Positions 1 through 13,009 of a stretch of DNA of 64,000 nucleotides are shown one piece after another (the first letter of the stretch is position 1; the number at the start of each line of letters is the position of its first letter). The translations under genes were made by a program, and so were the position numbers. Source of the DNA: Octopus vulgaris (Eukaryota); the NCBI GenBank assembly GCA_951406725.2, contig OX597819.1:68696001-68760000 (forward strand), read 5' to 3'. The notes under the pieces were generated by a model. The model made no database searches. It was not told where the DNA came from and was given only the letters and a program-made list of their open reading frames with translations.

Positions 1-108
1 TCATGACGAACAAAAACTTTTAGATGACTGCCCACACGGAGTCCATAGTGATAATTATCACTATGGACTCCGTGTGGGCAGTCATCTAAAAGTTTTTATT
101 CGTCATGA
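1..108. repeat. Near-perfect palindrome (54-bp arms, no spacer), probably extending beyond the window start
   Basis: 1-54 is the reverse complement of 55-108 with one mismatch; centre gataattatc. Confidence 0.95.
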
Positions 109-230
109 TGTTGACAGAAGGCGGCATAATGCACCTCTTATTCCTTCGGAATTAGGAATATGCAGTCTTCGAAACATATGTCGAGAATAAAGGAATTTTG
201 TTAAATCGCCGTTCGACTCCATTCTTTCAT

Positions 231-275
231 TTATATATATATATATATATATACATATATATTATATATACATGC

Positions 276-370
<95 letters not shown>

Positions 371-610
371 AGATATTGATATAGATAGATAGATATATAC
401 ATCCACAGATATATATATGCAGTAAAAGTCTAAAGTAGGGATAAGAAATGTATGAATGAATGTGTGTTACAATACATTTGAAAAATAAATACATAATAAT
501 AATAATGATATTAATAACAATAATAATAACAACAACAACAACAACAGCAACAACAGCAACAACAACAACAACAACAACAATAATAATAATAATAACAGCA
601 AGAACAACAA
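231..610. repeat. (TA)n/(GA)n and (AAT)n/(AAC)n microsatellites
   Basis: Direct reading. Confidence 0.95.
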
Positions 611-1231
611 TAATAATCCCTCTTTCTATAGGAACGGAGACTCTTTTAACACTTTCTTAATACTCTCCATAAATTTGAATCTTAGATTAGTGATATGACC
701 TATCTACTTAATTAAGATTTTAATTTTTTTGTTTTATTTCTATACTAATGAGAAAATACCGGTTAAGAGAAAAGTTTTGATTCATGGCTTAGTTTGTTTT
801 CTTTTTATTGTGAATATTGGTTCTTTTTTCTTTTCGCTGTAAGTTATACTCGTTCGATTCGTAACTTTATAACCATGGTATAACAACGTTTTATATATTT
901 TGATAATAAACAAACATAAACTTATATCTTTTATGATGGCACTGATTATTGTCCAAATCACTTATTTTAAACTTATATACGCAGTTATCTGTCTGTCGAT
1001 ACAAACGTATTCCTTCCGTTGACTGTGTTGTCCACTTTTTCTATTAGATTTGTCATATTCTGTTTCTATTTAAGTAATTATAAGTCTTGGTTGCTGGCAC
1101 CGTGATTATGGCAATCTGTACATATTCTATATTCTCTTTCCTCTCCTTTTCCCTCCATCTCCTCGGAAATTTCACAGACAAATACAACACACACACACAC
1201 ACACTTTATATATATATATATATATATATAT

Positions 1232-1326
1232 ACGACGGGCTTCTTTCAGTTTCCGTCTAACAAATCCACTCACAAGGCTTTGGTCGGCCCGGGGCTATAG
1301 TAGAAGACACTTTCCAAGGTGCCACA
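1232..1326 (-). mobile_element. tRNA-derived SINE family B fragment
   Basis: acgacgggcttctttcagtttccg...ggtgccac is shared with 13305-13459, 51272-51400 and 51541-51650. Confidence 0.75.
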
Positions 1327-1639
1327 CATTCATACATATGTACATATGCGTTTGTATGTGTGTGTGTAAATGTGAGTATGTGTTTGGTGGTATGTAAAAC
1401 ATTTGGGTTTGGTTCCCTGTATCTTAAAGATACGTAGCGCGCATATACATACATATCTATCGATTTATCTATCTATCTGTCTATCTCTGTGGGGAATCAG
1501 TACATCTACATACATTTGTGAAGAACAAAATAGTCTAATATGATTGGAATTTAGATTGAATTAGTTGGTATGTATGTAAGAATAGAAACATCTTAAAATT
1601 TCCACTCTTTGTATAAAAGGAATATATAGATGTATACCC

Positions 1640-2035
1640 ATTATAGCTGAACCAGCCTGTCGACATGCTTCTCAAACCACTATGCTGTCACATACCCAGA
1701 TTCATTCGGAAAGACGTCGATTTCCTGACACATCTGCTCAACAAAACAACATAATTTAATTCACTGTAACAAACTTATATACGAACGTTCCACATAATTT
1801 GGGAATTACTGCCATAAAATATCAGGTCGAGAAACATAGAAAAGCGATCTCCAGTAGATTTATTGTAACCTTAATACGAGATGCGGTCAGCTTCATCCTC
1901 GAAAACAATATTTTTCTTTTTCAATGAAACAAAAACTACCCCGAGATTCGAGGAACAGCTATGGGGAGGTGATTTGCTCCAGTTTTTGCGAACTCAGTAT
2001 TGGGATACTTGGAACAAAACCTATGTTATAAAATC
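1640..2035 (+). pseudogene. Penelope-like element reverse transcriptase fragment (frameshifted)
   Basis: Manual translation: VDMLLKPLCCHIPRFIRKDVDFL, VTNLYTNVPHNLGITAIKY, FILENNIF, IRGTAMG..FAPVFAN..LGYLEQ match PLE RT motifs (LYTNIP, GTAMG). Confidence 0.85.
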
Positions 2036-2789
2036 AAGTTGTAAAGCACATAAATGAAATAAGGGAACCTACATATATGTTTCAGTCTTATTACCTAGCT
2101 GATCAGAAGTTCTAAGCATTTGCTTAAAAGCTAAGGAAGGTATCATATTCTAACTATAAGAGGGCAGGATTTCTTGAGGCTTAATTATGAGGTTATGGAA
2201 CTTAGATTATCATTTTGGCTTTGCAGGATGCATACTGAGTATTAGTGAGTTAAAGAAGTTAAAAGCTATATATAGTAACTGATAGGTTATATATATTCAT
2301 GAATATACCATATATTAGAAAACAAATTTAAAATATGCTTAAACATTTTTATAATAAAAAATAAAATCAAACTAAAAAGATAAAATTAAAAAAAATAAAT
2401 GTTAAAACATAAAATAAAATAAAAATGAAAACCTACAGATTTTTCTTATTGGTTTGGTAATAAATATAGCCGTGGAAAGATATAGAGGATTAGCAATATG
2501 TGAAAAAAAAACAGAATCAAGGATAGATGAAAGTTTGAAAATTAATCGTTATAATGCTTATCTAGTAAAACTTCCTAATAAACCGTTATTCATTCGGATA
2601 TGTAAATGAATATTTTAATGCACATTCTAGATTTGTACTTTTGGACATGTACATAGAATACGTTGTGACTCATGTGTATTTTATTCAGCATATGTATACA
2701 TATACATACACAAACCAATAAGAAAACCCCATAGGTGCTTATTTTCTACTTTATTTTTATTCTTCTATTCTTTGATTCTGTGATTCTTT

Positions 2790-2965
2790 TATTCTTTCAA
2801 CTGTTTCAGTGATTTGAATGTGGCCATGTTGGAGCACCACGTTTAGTCGAACAATTCTACTTCGGGTGTTATTATTTGTAAGCTTAGTACTTATTCTATC
2901 AGTCTCTTTTTGCCGAACCGCTAAGGTACGTTTACGTAAACACACCAACATCGGTTATCAAGCGA
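2790..2965 (-). mobile_element. SINE family B 3' portion
   Basis: Similar to 51060-51215 and, inverted, to 51690-51880. Confidence 0.65.
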
Positions 2966-3036
2966 TGATGGTGGTGGTGGTGGTGGGGAGACAGAGACAA
3001 AAAAATACACACACATACATATATATACATATATAC

Positions 3037-3128
<92 letters not shown>

Positions 3129-3184
3129 ATTCTTATTCGTGCTATCATTATTGTTTTTACGTATTTTTGTATTTTTATTCGTGT

Positions 3185-3435
3185 AACATCGTCCGTTTTC
3201 CGTCCCTGTGTTGTATACTTTCGAGGCTTTCTTCCAAGGAATCTAATGCGCTTGGCTTAGATTTTCCTTGGGGGCTGCCCAGATCGGAGCAATCTCAAGA
3301 TTAATCAACCGAAACTGCGAAGATGATCCGGTTCTTGACTGATGACTGAGGGCTTCGAAAGTCCCGTCCGTGTTTTTTGTGTCGTCTTCTAAATGTTTCA
3401 CGTTCTTGTCCCAGTTTGTATATTTTTTTACTTTT
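3185..3435 (+). mobile_element. Short (TA)n-flanked repeat, possibly PLE pLTR-derived
   Basis: aatctaatgc..ttagattttccttgggggctgcccagatc is homologous to the reverse complement of 39390-39630. Confidence 0.5.
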
Positions 3436-3739
3436 ACATATATATATATATATATATATACATACATATGTAACCGTAAGTTGTCTATTTGGATGCCGGG
3501 ATGTCTAATTGTGTCAAGTTGCCTTCTGCACCCGTTAAGGAATTTCCGTGATACTTTGCAAAATGTTTAAGTAACATCCACTCTGTTACTATGTGCATTG
3601 AAGTTTTAAAAAAAGTTATAATTGGGTATCTAGGATCCCTAGAAGGGGTCCGCATTCATATATTTTCCTTTAACTGCCAAGCGAAATAACCCATTCATAT
3701 TCCTAGCCAAGGGAAAAACCCATCCATTCTAATTTGATT

Positions 3740-5687
3740 CCCCTGAACACTACCAAGCTCAAAGTTAATGGTCAAGGGATGGTTAGGGACAACAGGTGGA
3801 TTGTGCTGTACAACCCATTGTTATCTAAACATTGCACGCTGATGTTAATGTTGAGTCATGCAGCTCTATAAAAAGTATTAAATATGTATTTAAATACATA
3901 AATATGAGCTCAGATATAGCGGTTTTTGGACTTGCGCAAGCGGCCAGGCAGGCAGATGAAATTCAGCAATATAAGTTGGGCAACTGTGTTACCTCTAAGG
4001 AGGTAATGTGGGGCATCCTGGGCTTCGAAATCCACGAGTGACATACAACAGTTGTGAATCTATCTATACATCTTGCCACGTTCAATAACGTCATTTACAA
4101 TGAAGTATTACTTGAGTTGGACATAGTGCAAGCTATGGGAGGTCAAGGCATGGCGACATTTGGTCTGCCTCAACCGGAGCAGGTAACAAACAATCTCGTA
4201 GTTGAGTACCAGCGAGAAACACCTATGTCATCGACGAAATGACGTCGTATATAGCTGATAGGAACGAAAATTGATGGATGACCATCTGGGTGTTAACAAG
4301 ACTATTGTTTCGAGCATTGAAAGTGAAAGATGTGGACTTTTCTTTCTGGATACTCCAGGTGAAACTAGCAGGAGATTTGTCATCAACCTTCTTCTGGATA
4401 AACAGCGCCAAATGAAATACATTGCCATAGCTGTGGCGACAAGTGGAATAGCTGCAACTCTGCCAAATGGGGACTGCACAGCTCGTTCCTGTTTCAAATA
4501 CCCTTTGGACCTGTACAAGAAAAAAAGGCAAACTGCAACGTTAGCCAGGATTCTATAAAAGGCAAATTTCCGGATGAATGCAGGTTGATAATCTGGGATG
4601 AGGCAACAATGAGCCAGAAATTTCCTTTGAAGCCATCCACTCACACCTTGCACCTCAAGATTGGGGTATGAGTTATGCTGCTTCGAAACCTCAATCCACC
4701 AAAGCTTTGCAATAGCACACGACTTATAATAAAGAAGATGATGACAACAGTCTTGAAGGCAACAATTATAACTGGTAAAGCAAGCGGTGAGCCTGTATTC
4801 TTTCCTAGAATTCTACTTCTTCCCAAGGATATGTCTTTCCAGTACAAGCGCCTGCAATTTCCGTTGGAAGTAAGGTTTGCAATGAGCATTAACAAGGCCC
4901 TTGGATGTGGTAGGTCTGAACCTTGTGGAACCAGTTTTCTCCCATAGCCAACTTTATGAGGGATGCTCAAGAGTCAGCAGCCTCAATCATTTGTTTCTTT
5001 ATGCGCCACAAGGAAAGAACAAAAATGTCGTTTATCAAGAAGTTCTGCAAATTTCACCAAATCATCAGGTGTTTATTACATGACTGTAATATTTGTAAGT
5101 GTTGTAAATGTATTGATAATCTACATTTTATTTTATTTTAAAATCTATATGCTATTTTATTTGTATGTCTACTGTAAAACTAAATGTCAGTCTGTTTCTA
5201 CGTTCATAGTCAATCTATTTCAACACTAGCGCTCCTAAGGGTTATATTCTCTGAGAACACACAAAATCCTTTTTCAAAGTTATTTACTTTGAATTGTCAT
5301 TATCTTATATCCTACGAGCCTATTATTGCGTAACATGTATTACGATTTTCCTAATTATATACATTATTGGTATTTCCCCTTCGGTTCTATATACTCTGGG
5401 ATCGCATTAGAGCCTTTTCCGTGGATACTATATTTGGATTCTTAACATCGGGTAACTAATTTCATGTTATTACGTAACTGATTTCTTGATCTGGGTTTTC
5501 ATAACTAATTGGGACTCCCCAAAACAAAATCCTATGTGAGACAATTCGGCATTGTATGTAAATGCACAAAAACCGTTTTAAAGTATACAAAATTTGTTTT
5601 GTTGATATTGAATTAGCGAAACAATTATGAGAAAGGAACCAAGACATTAGCCCCGCTTTTTCGGGAGTTAGCGGGTACTTCATCTAA
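3740..5687 (+). mobile_element. Internally deleted Helitron (Rep-linker and PIF1 helicase remnants) with 3' terminus
   Basis: DNRWIVLYNPLL, NVESCSSIKSIKYVFKY, FFLDTPG, IAVATSGIAATL, IIWDEATMS, VMLLRNLNPPKLCNSTRL, RLQFPLEVRFAMSINKA, VFSHSQLY..CSRV; 3' hairpin cccgct..agcggg (5652-5675) followed by CTAA at 5684-5687. Confidence 0.92.
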
Positions 5688-5703
5688 TATATATATGTAT
5701 ATA

Positions 5704-5950
5704 CGGAAGTCAGGACATAAATGTGAAAAAGGTGGGGGAATACTGCTCGAGTACCGTAGTTAGAATAATATACATTATTATTATTAAAGCTGCAAAAACA
5801 TCATAGAAGACTGCTATTCAGAGTTGCACGTCCTCGGTCGTCGGCCAGTTTTAACTGTCAGACAATCAAAACTGTCCAATGAAGGGGAACGTGAAATTCT
5901 GACTAGCAGCTTTTTGCGGAAATTTCAGTGGGTGCTTTTACAGATTTATT
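5704..5950 (-). mobile_element. Diverged copy of the palindromic HHR element at 25772-26043
   Basis: 5704-5790 matches the reverse complement of about 25955-26043; imperfect palindrome centred near 5860; decayed HHR ctgtccaatga..gaaattctgactagcag. Confidence 0.7.
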
Positions 5951-6105
5951 AATGATGTATGTATGTATGTATGTATGTATATATATATATATACCTGAGA
6001 AAGAAAGTTCGGTAGATTATCTGACCAATCATTTAGACTAGAGAAACTGTCGAGGCAAATTTCTCCACAGAATCCATCTCTCTCTCGCTCTATCTATCTA
6101 TCTAC

Positions 6106-6211
<106 letters not shown>

Positions 6212-6309
6212 CTATCTTTATATCTGTTTATCTGTATGTCTATGATTATGATGGTGAAGATGATGATCAGAATAACAAGTATAATGATGATAGGAATAAT
6301 ATTAACAGC

Positions 6310-6700
6310 AACAACATCACACGCTATCAAATAATAGCGCTGCTTGCGGCAACCCACGTCCTACATAAAACATTGTCAATTCTATATTAAAGCCAAAAGA
6401 AAATCCGCAAACACAAGGCATACTTTATACAGCAAGTATCCAATGGAATAAACTAACACTAGCAGACTTGGTACCCAACGCATTACGCACACAACACACA
6501 ATACAAACACTAATACAACCAACGACTGCACCCAATCTAAAAAACAAACAAAAACAAGAAACTGAAGCCTTTTTTTACTGGGTGGAGTTTGTACACTCTC
6601 AACAACATAAAAGAGCATAAATGTGGCACACACTCCAGCAACACAGATATGTGATAGGTGAAGCCGTACAAAATTTGCCTAAAACTACCAAATGATGAAT
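6310..6700 (+). mobile_element. 3' end of an R4/Dong-like RLE retrotransposon (diverged family)
   Basis: YQIIALLAATHVLHKTLSILY* resembles the IQKIVLMGTAHILRKLLSM* C-terminus of other copies; followed by an AAT-like tract. Confidence 0.55.
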
Positions 6701-6729
6701 AACAACAGCAATAATAGTAATAGTAATAA

Positions 6730-7145
6730 TACCAGGCAGTGAGTCTCATGTCTTCTGATCTTAACTGACTGGAAGTTTTATCAAGTACATTATTTTGTCT
6801 TGGTATAAATGATGGGCTACAGCAACTATTCTGCTCAATACCATAGATATCTTTGTCAGTTCTTTGACCATAACCAGTTGAACATGTCCCTTAGTGGCTG
6901 ACAACATGTGCATCTCTGATCACGAGCAGAGGTAGTGCGGGAGCATCATAGTCACGTATGGAGAAGAATTCCCTGGGGTTTGGATAATTCACATTTGGAA
7001 ACATGGGTGCTTCGTTCAACATCCTCAAAAAACTCTTATTCAGGGACGGTTTGCACGGAATCGGCTACTGGACCTGACAAAAGTTCTAACTGGGCCCTAC
7101 CTGTAAGGTCATGTGCTGTTTATCTTGATATGAGCCCACAAGTCA
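6730..7145. mobile_element. Truncated copy of the 554-bp (AAT)n-associated repeat
   Basis: Colinear with 43961-44514 and 55841-56394. Confidence 0.9.
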
Positions 7146-7258
7146 GCAAATCCCCGATACTGAATGAGGGCGTGCAGAAAGATTTCGTCACTCTGCACGC
7201 ACCTCGGTCAATCACGTCTGACAGCACATCCGTACCCGTTCTTTACCTCGATCCGGTG

Positions 7259-7282
7259 GAAGAAGAAGAAGTAGGAGGATAG

Positions 7283-7314
<32 letters not shown>

Positions 7315-7625
7315 AGAAGAAGAAGAAGAAGAAGAAGAAGGAGGAGGAGGAGGAGGAGGAACAAAAAAAGAAGTAGAAGTAGAAGAAGAAGAAGTAGAAG
7401 AAAAAGAAGAAGCAGAAGAAGCAGAAGAAGGAGGAGGAGGAGGAGGAGCAAAAGAAGAAGAAGAAGAAGAAGAAGGAGGAGGAGGAGGAGGAAGAGAAGA
7501 AGAAGAAGAAGAAGAAGAAGAGAAGAAGAAGAAGAAGAAGAAGAAGAAGAAGAAGAAGGGATAGAAATAGAAGCAAAAAAGAAGAAACGAAGAAGAAGAA
7601 GAATGATGATGGTGATGATGATGAC
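7259..7625. repeat. (GAA)n/(GGA)n purine tract
   Basis: Direct reading. Confidence 0.95.
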
Positions 7626-8544
7626 AACGACGAAAACGATGAGAATCACGAGGATAAAGAAACAAATGAATAACAGCAAAACGATAACATTTTGAAAATG
7701 AGACCCAGGGGAATATTTTATTCTGGCGTCCCTGAACTTTAAATTTGTTTAACTAGACGCACGTTATTCATCTCTATAATTTAGAGTGCCGTGGTCCACA
7801 AGTTGAGTATTACTGTCACCTCCTATGCAGATTTAATATAACTTTCCAAGATATCATCTGTTGTCGATGGCTTGCACAAGAGCAATTCGAGTCAGGTATC
7901 GAAGTCCAGCCTGCCCTCTTCCAATACTCTTCAAAAGTTTGCAGCTAGAAATAAGTATACATGTTACGAATTGTATTGTATTGGTAAATGCAAATTGTAA
8001 GAGATCAAATTTTGACTTCGTGTCTAAATTATGTTTCCATCTTATAGACACACTGTCCTATAGATTGAAACTGTAGGACAATATCTAAGAAGGGGATAGA
8101 TTCACAAAAATATTTACTAAATAGTAAGAAAGAGAAGCACCACGGCATTTCGTTGATATGTATGACAACTAACTGTTGCCTTGAGAGATTCGATAGCATA
8201 TCAGTGAAAGCAGTTTGAACTGCGTGACAAGGGCAAGGTAGTGCCAAAGAAATTCTTAAGTAAAAGATTTAAATACAACACTAAGACAATAACGTAGATG
8301 TGTTGATATACATAAATATATTTATAAGAAATTAAGAAAATAAATCCCGAAGTATGAGTGGAAACTGAATAACAACTGCGTTGAACAGTTCGAAATAAAC
8401 TGGTGAATCACCAAAGCAACATGACCCGCGTAAATGAGACAAAGCAATGCGAAAGATAAAATGCAGTAAACTAGTATATAATAACCAAAGAAACATTCAT
8501 TACACAAAATAAAGAATAATACAACAAAATACCATTATTGTCTG

Positions 8545-9137
8545 ACAGGCGCACTACAACAAACAAAGAAATTACTCGTCCATAGAATCTAAACAAATAA
8601 AACAAACAAACAGTTTACAACACAGTTTCGCAGCGCCCAAGGGCAAATCGAAAATCTGTTAATGTCTAACAGGAACACTACAATAAACATAGTCATTTCT
8701 CGTCCATAGAATCTAAATAAATAGATTTGGAAGAACACGGCAGTTAGCTGGCAGAGTCGTAAGCACGCCGGGCGAAGGGCTTAGCGGTATTTCGCCCGTC
8801 GCTACGTTCTGAGTTCAAACTCTGCCGAGGTCAAGTTTGCCGTTCATCCTTTCGGGGTCGATACATTAAGTACCACCTACGCACTGGGGTCGATTTAATC
8901 GACTTAATCCCTTTGTCTGCCCTTGTCTGTCCCCTCTATGTTTAGCCCCTTATGGGCAATAAAGAAATAAGCATCTAAATGACAAACAAACAGTTTACAA
9001 CACAGTTTCGCAGACCTGAGGAGTAAATCAAAATTCCATTAATGCCTAACATGAACACTACAACAAATACAGAAGTTACTCGTCCATAGAATCTAACGAA
9101 ATAAGACAAACAAACAATTTACAATAGTTTCGCAGCA
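8545..9137. repeat. About 125-bp tandem repeat, three copies, second interrupted by a SINE
   Basis: ctcgtccatagaatctaa and cagtttacaacacagtttcgcag (or close variants) each recur three times. Confidence 0.85.
8738..8971 (+). mobile_element. tRNA-derived SINE family A
   Basis: gctggcagagtcg head, gagttcaaac B box, ttcatcctttcggggtcgat..aagtacc central motif; about 10 copies in the window. Confidence 0.88.
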
Positions 9138-9416
9138 TTACGCAAAATATCTACATGTATATGCCATTTGATGCACGCCAACCCAACGGAAAAGTTCAAA
9201 TAACGAAGAAGTAGTCATTAGTTAATAATGATAACAGAGATTCGTTCACTAACTACACCGAACACTATTGACTTTGATTGAAATACTACTTTTTAACATA
9301 GTTGCATTAGCACATGCATTCATACAAACATACATGCATACGCACATACACACGCATGCACACAGACATATATCTATATAAATACATCCATATGTATGTA
9401 TATATATAAATGCATA

Positions 9417-9452
<36 letters not shown>

Positions 9453-9542
9453 TAGATAGATATATGTATATGTATGCTAACGCATATAGACTTATGTGTG
9501 TATGTAAGTATATATACATATATACAAACACAAACGTGTAAA

Positions 9543-9590
<48 letters not shown>

Positions 9591-9620
9591 CATACGTACT
9601 TACATAAATAATATATAGAT

Positions 9621-9651
<31 letters not shown>

Positions 9652-10282
9652 TATGCGTGCATACAAGTGCATATATTGCCATAAGAACATATGTGTGCGC
9701 GTATATGCGTGTGTTTGTGAAATTCCCATTTTCTATTTCACGAAATTCTGTAGAATATAATGCAAGATTAAATAAATGGAAGCAAGTGAAATAGAACCAG
9801 AAGAAGAAATGCCGACAAATCTCGCAGAAATTCTCTTTCAAATACCATTATATTATATAATTCGTTGTAAAAATTATTTTGTAGTTCGTATTTCATTTTT
9901 TTTCTTTTTCTGTATTAAAACTTCTTTCTCGAAATCGTAATAAGATTTCATTGGAACGCTTCATTTTTATAGTTATGTTATAGTTGTCATCGGCAAATTG
10001 TTGTTTGCTAATGGATGTCTACAAAAATATAACCTTTAGAGATATTTTCGTGAAGAATTAGTACGTTATGCGGGAGAATACAGAAGATATATATGTACTT
10101 AAACGTACGAGTATATATGTATGTGTGTGTGTGTGTGTGTGTGTATGTGGGTGTGTGTGTGTGTGTGTTTGTGTATGCATGTATGTGTGTGTGTATGTAT
10201 GTATGTATATATGTATATAGAGATAGATAGATATACATATATACACGCATATACAAACATGAATATATATATATTTATATGA

Positions 10283-10335
<53 letters not shown>

Positions 10336-10356
<21 letters not shown>

Positions 10357-11170
10357 CGGGAGGCTTTATGAAAATAAACAAAAGACGAAGGCAGGTGGAA
10401 AACAAACGAACAATTGTATTAGTATGGCGCTCAGGAAATATAGATAAAACAAGTCTTTAACGTTTCGAGCCTACGCTCTTCAACAGAAAGATACACAGAG
10501 AGAGAAAAACACAGAAAGAAGGAGAGAAAAAAATGCGTGCAGTAGCTAACGAATCAACATGGCGATCTGATTTCGGCCAGAGGTCAAAGATCAAACATGA
10601 GACGCGAGAGCGAAATAAGGGGAGATAATAGGGTTGATAAAAGGGTTGAGGGACCAGCTAAAAGTGCGTGGGAGGGGTCTGGATGTGTGTATGTATAGGG
10701 TTGGTGTATGTATTAGTATGTATAGGGTGTGTGTGTGTGTGTGTGTGTGTATGAGAGAGTATTAGTGCGTAAGATTGGTCTGGACGTGCGTATGTATGGG
10801 GTTGGTGTATGTATTAGTATGTATTAGTATGTATTAGTACGTATTGGTATGTATAGGTGTCTGTGTGTGTGTGAGAGAGAGTATATAAGTGCGTATGCGG
10901 GTCTGGACGTGTGTATGTATAGGGTTGGTGTAAGTATTAGTATGTACTAGTATGTATTAGTACGTATTAGTATGTATTAGTTGGTGTGTGTATTAGTATG
11001 GCACATCATATGTGATGTGATGTGTAAAGTCATGTGGTGTAGTGAGGAGAAGAGGGGGAGGGGGAGAAGAGGGGGAGAGAAGGGGAGGGGAAGAAGAGGG
11101 GGAGGAGAAGGGGGAGAGGAGAGGATGGGGGAGAAGGAAGGGGATGAGGGGGATGAAGGAGGAAAGAGAT
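10336..11170 (-). mobile_element. (TA)n-flanked non-autonomous element, probably PLE-derived, with an HHR variant, about 110-bp tandem units (10677-11000) and a G-rich tract
   Basis: 10360-10495 matches the reverse complement of 16230-16335; ggtctgga(t/c)gtg unit occurs three times. Confidence 0.6.
10454..10491 (-). ncRNA. Minimal type I hammerhead variant (CUGUUGA core)
   Basis: Minus strand: tcttt CTGTTGA A gagc-gtag-gctc GAAA C GTT aaaga. Confidence 0.6.
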
Positions 11171-12094
11171 ATATATGTATATATATTTATATGAATTGTT
11201 GATAACAAACCCCATAGTAGTAACAAGTAAAACAGTAAAATAAACAGGATTAATGTCATTCTCATGATCACCAACCAAATCATCATCATCATCATCATCA
11301 TCATCTTCATCTTCATCATCGTCATCACCATCATCAATAATACTGCCATGGACACTCCATAAAAACCTGTAAACTTATGCCCTATAGGATTGAAAGGACT
11401 TTATGCATAAATGCACACTCGAACACAATGATAAACACGCATACGCATACGCACACACAGCCTTTCTCTCTCTTTCTCCCCTCTCTTTATTTCTCTCTTT
11501 CTCTCTCTCCCGCACTTTGGCACGCATACGGTGATGGATTAAATCAAATATATTAAAAATAAGGTAATTCAATTTATACGTATGTGTGTGTTTTTGTATG
11601 TCAGTGTGGGTGTGTGTTGGTGTGCATACGTGTGCGTGCGCGTATGTACACCGTATCTGTTTATTTTATAAAACTTCCATATATCCATGTATACGTATGT
11701 ATATGTTGTATATACATTTTTCTATCCATATATTTATATGTATGACGTAGGTGCGTATACATAAAACTCATACACACAGACACACTGACATACATGCAAA
11801 CATACAAACACGCACAGAGCGACTCACACGCACACTCACATGCACACAAGTGCACACATGTATGTATAATGGATCAGGATTCGTTATCCACCTCTTTTTA
11901 TTAATTCTTGCATTTTATACGTGTTTGTGTGTATAAAACGTACATATATATACACACACAGATACATACATAGGTAGATAGATAGCTAGATAGATAGATA
12001 AATATGCGTGCGTCTATGATCATCAATATATATATTGAAAGACGCATATATATATATATATATACGTATATATATATATACATATATTGCATAT

Positions 12095-12141
<47 letters not shown>

Positions 12142-12145
12142 TATA

Positions 12146-12189
<44 letters not shown>

Positions 12190-12544
12190 CTGTATAATAT
12201 GTATTGATCTTTATAGACACACACATATCTATATATGTATATGTATGTATTTATATATATATATATATTTATTCAATCTAATATCATAATCAAAATAAGA
12301 TAATTGAACGTACTTATATACTGCTGAGCAAGGGGAAATAGGATAAACCCTGTGCAGAATTAAAGTGCTTATCTCTCGGCAATGTACTACAAATATACTG
12401 GAAAATGGTAACAAATGAAAGGAAGAAGAAACATACGTATTTTTTGTTTGTAAAATAGCTTTGTTGGAAAGCATACATTTTTATAATGTATGTCACCTTC
12501 CTGCTTGTACTTTATTTTTGCGCGCATATTCTTTTCTACTCTTA

Positions 12545-12932
12545 GCACAAACCCTGAAATTAGATCGACTCCAGTATACAACTGGCACTTAATTTATTGA
12601 CCCCGAAAGGATGAAAGGCATAGTCGAACTCAGCGGAATTTGAATTCAGAACATGGAAACAGACGGAATATAGCTAAGCGTCTCCCTCGGCGTGCTAACG
12701 TTTCTGCCAGCTCACCCTATATTCGTTTGTAATCTAGGCACAAAGCCCGAAAGTTTGGGGATGGCGCCAGTCGATTAGATGGACCCCAGTAAGCAACTGT
12801 TACTTAATTTATCGCCACGAAGGAAGAAAGGCAAAGCCGATCTCAGCGGAAATTGAACTCAGAACGTGAAGGCAGACGAGATACAGTCAAGCACTTCGCC
12901 CGGCGTGCTAACATTTCTGCCAACTCGCCGCC
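12545..12932 (-). mobile_element. Two tandem SINE family A copies
   Basis: gaaagg..gaaaggca..gcggaa..gaac/ttcagaac..ggcgtgctaac..tctgcca occurs twice. Confidence 0.85.
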
Positions 12933-13009
12933 TTTTTTGCGCACATATTAAGAAACAAAGAACAGCACATATAAAAATACATACACACATATGTGTATAT
13001 ATACATACA

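Noticed and set aside
4675-5083. Host PIF1 helicase gene
   Set aside because: Frameshifts, decayed Walker A, Helitron Rep-linker motifs and 3' hairpin indicate a Helitron
7208-7679. Long ORFs on three minus frames
   Set aside because: The (GAA/GGA)n tract lacks stops by composition
8545-9137. CRISPR-like array or tandem HHR array
   Set aside because: Whole units are homologous with no unique spacers, the context is eukaryotic, and there is no CUGANGA core
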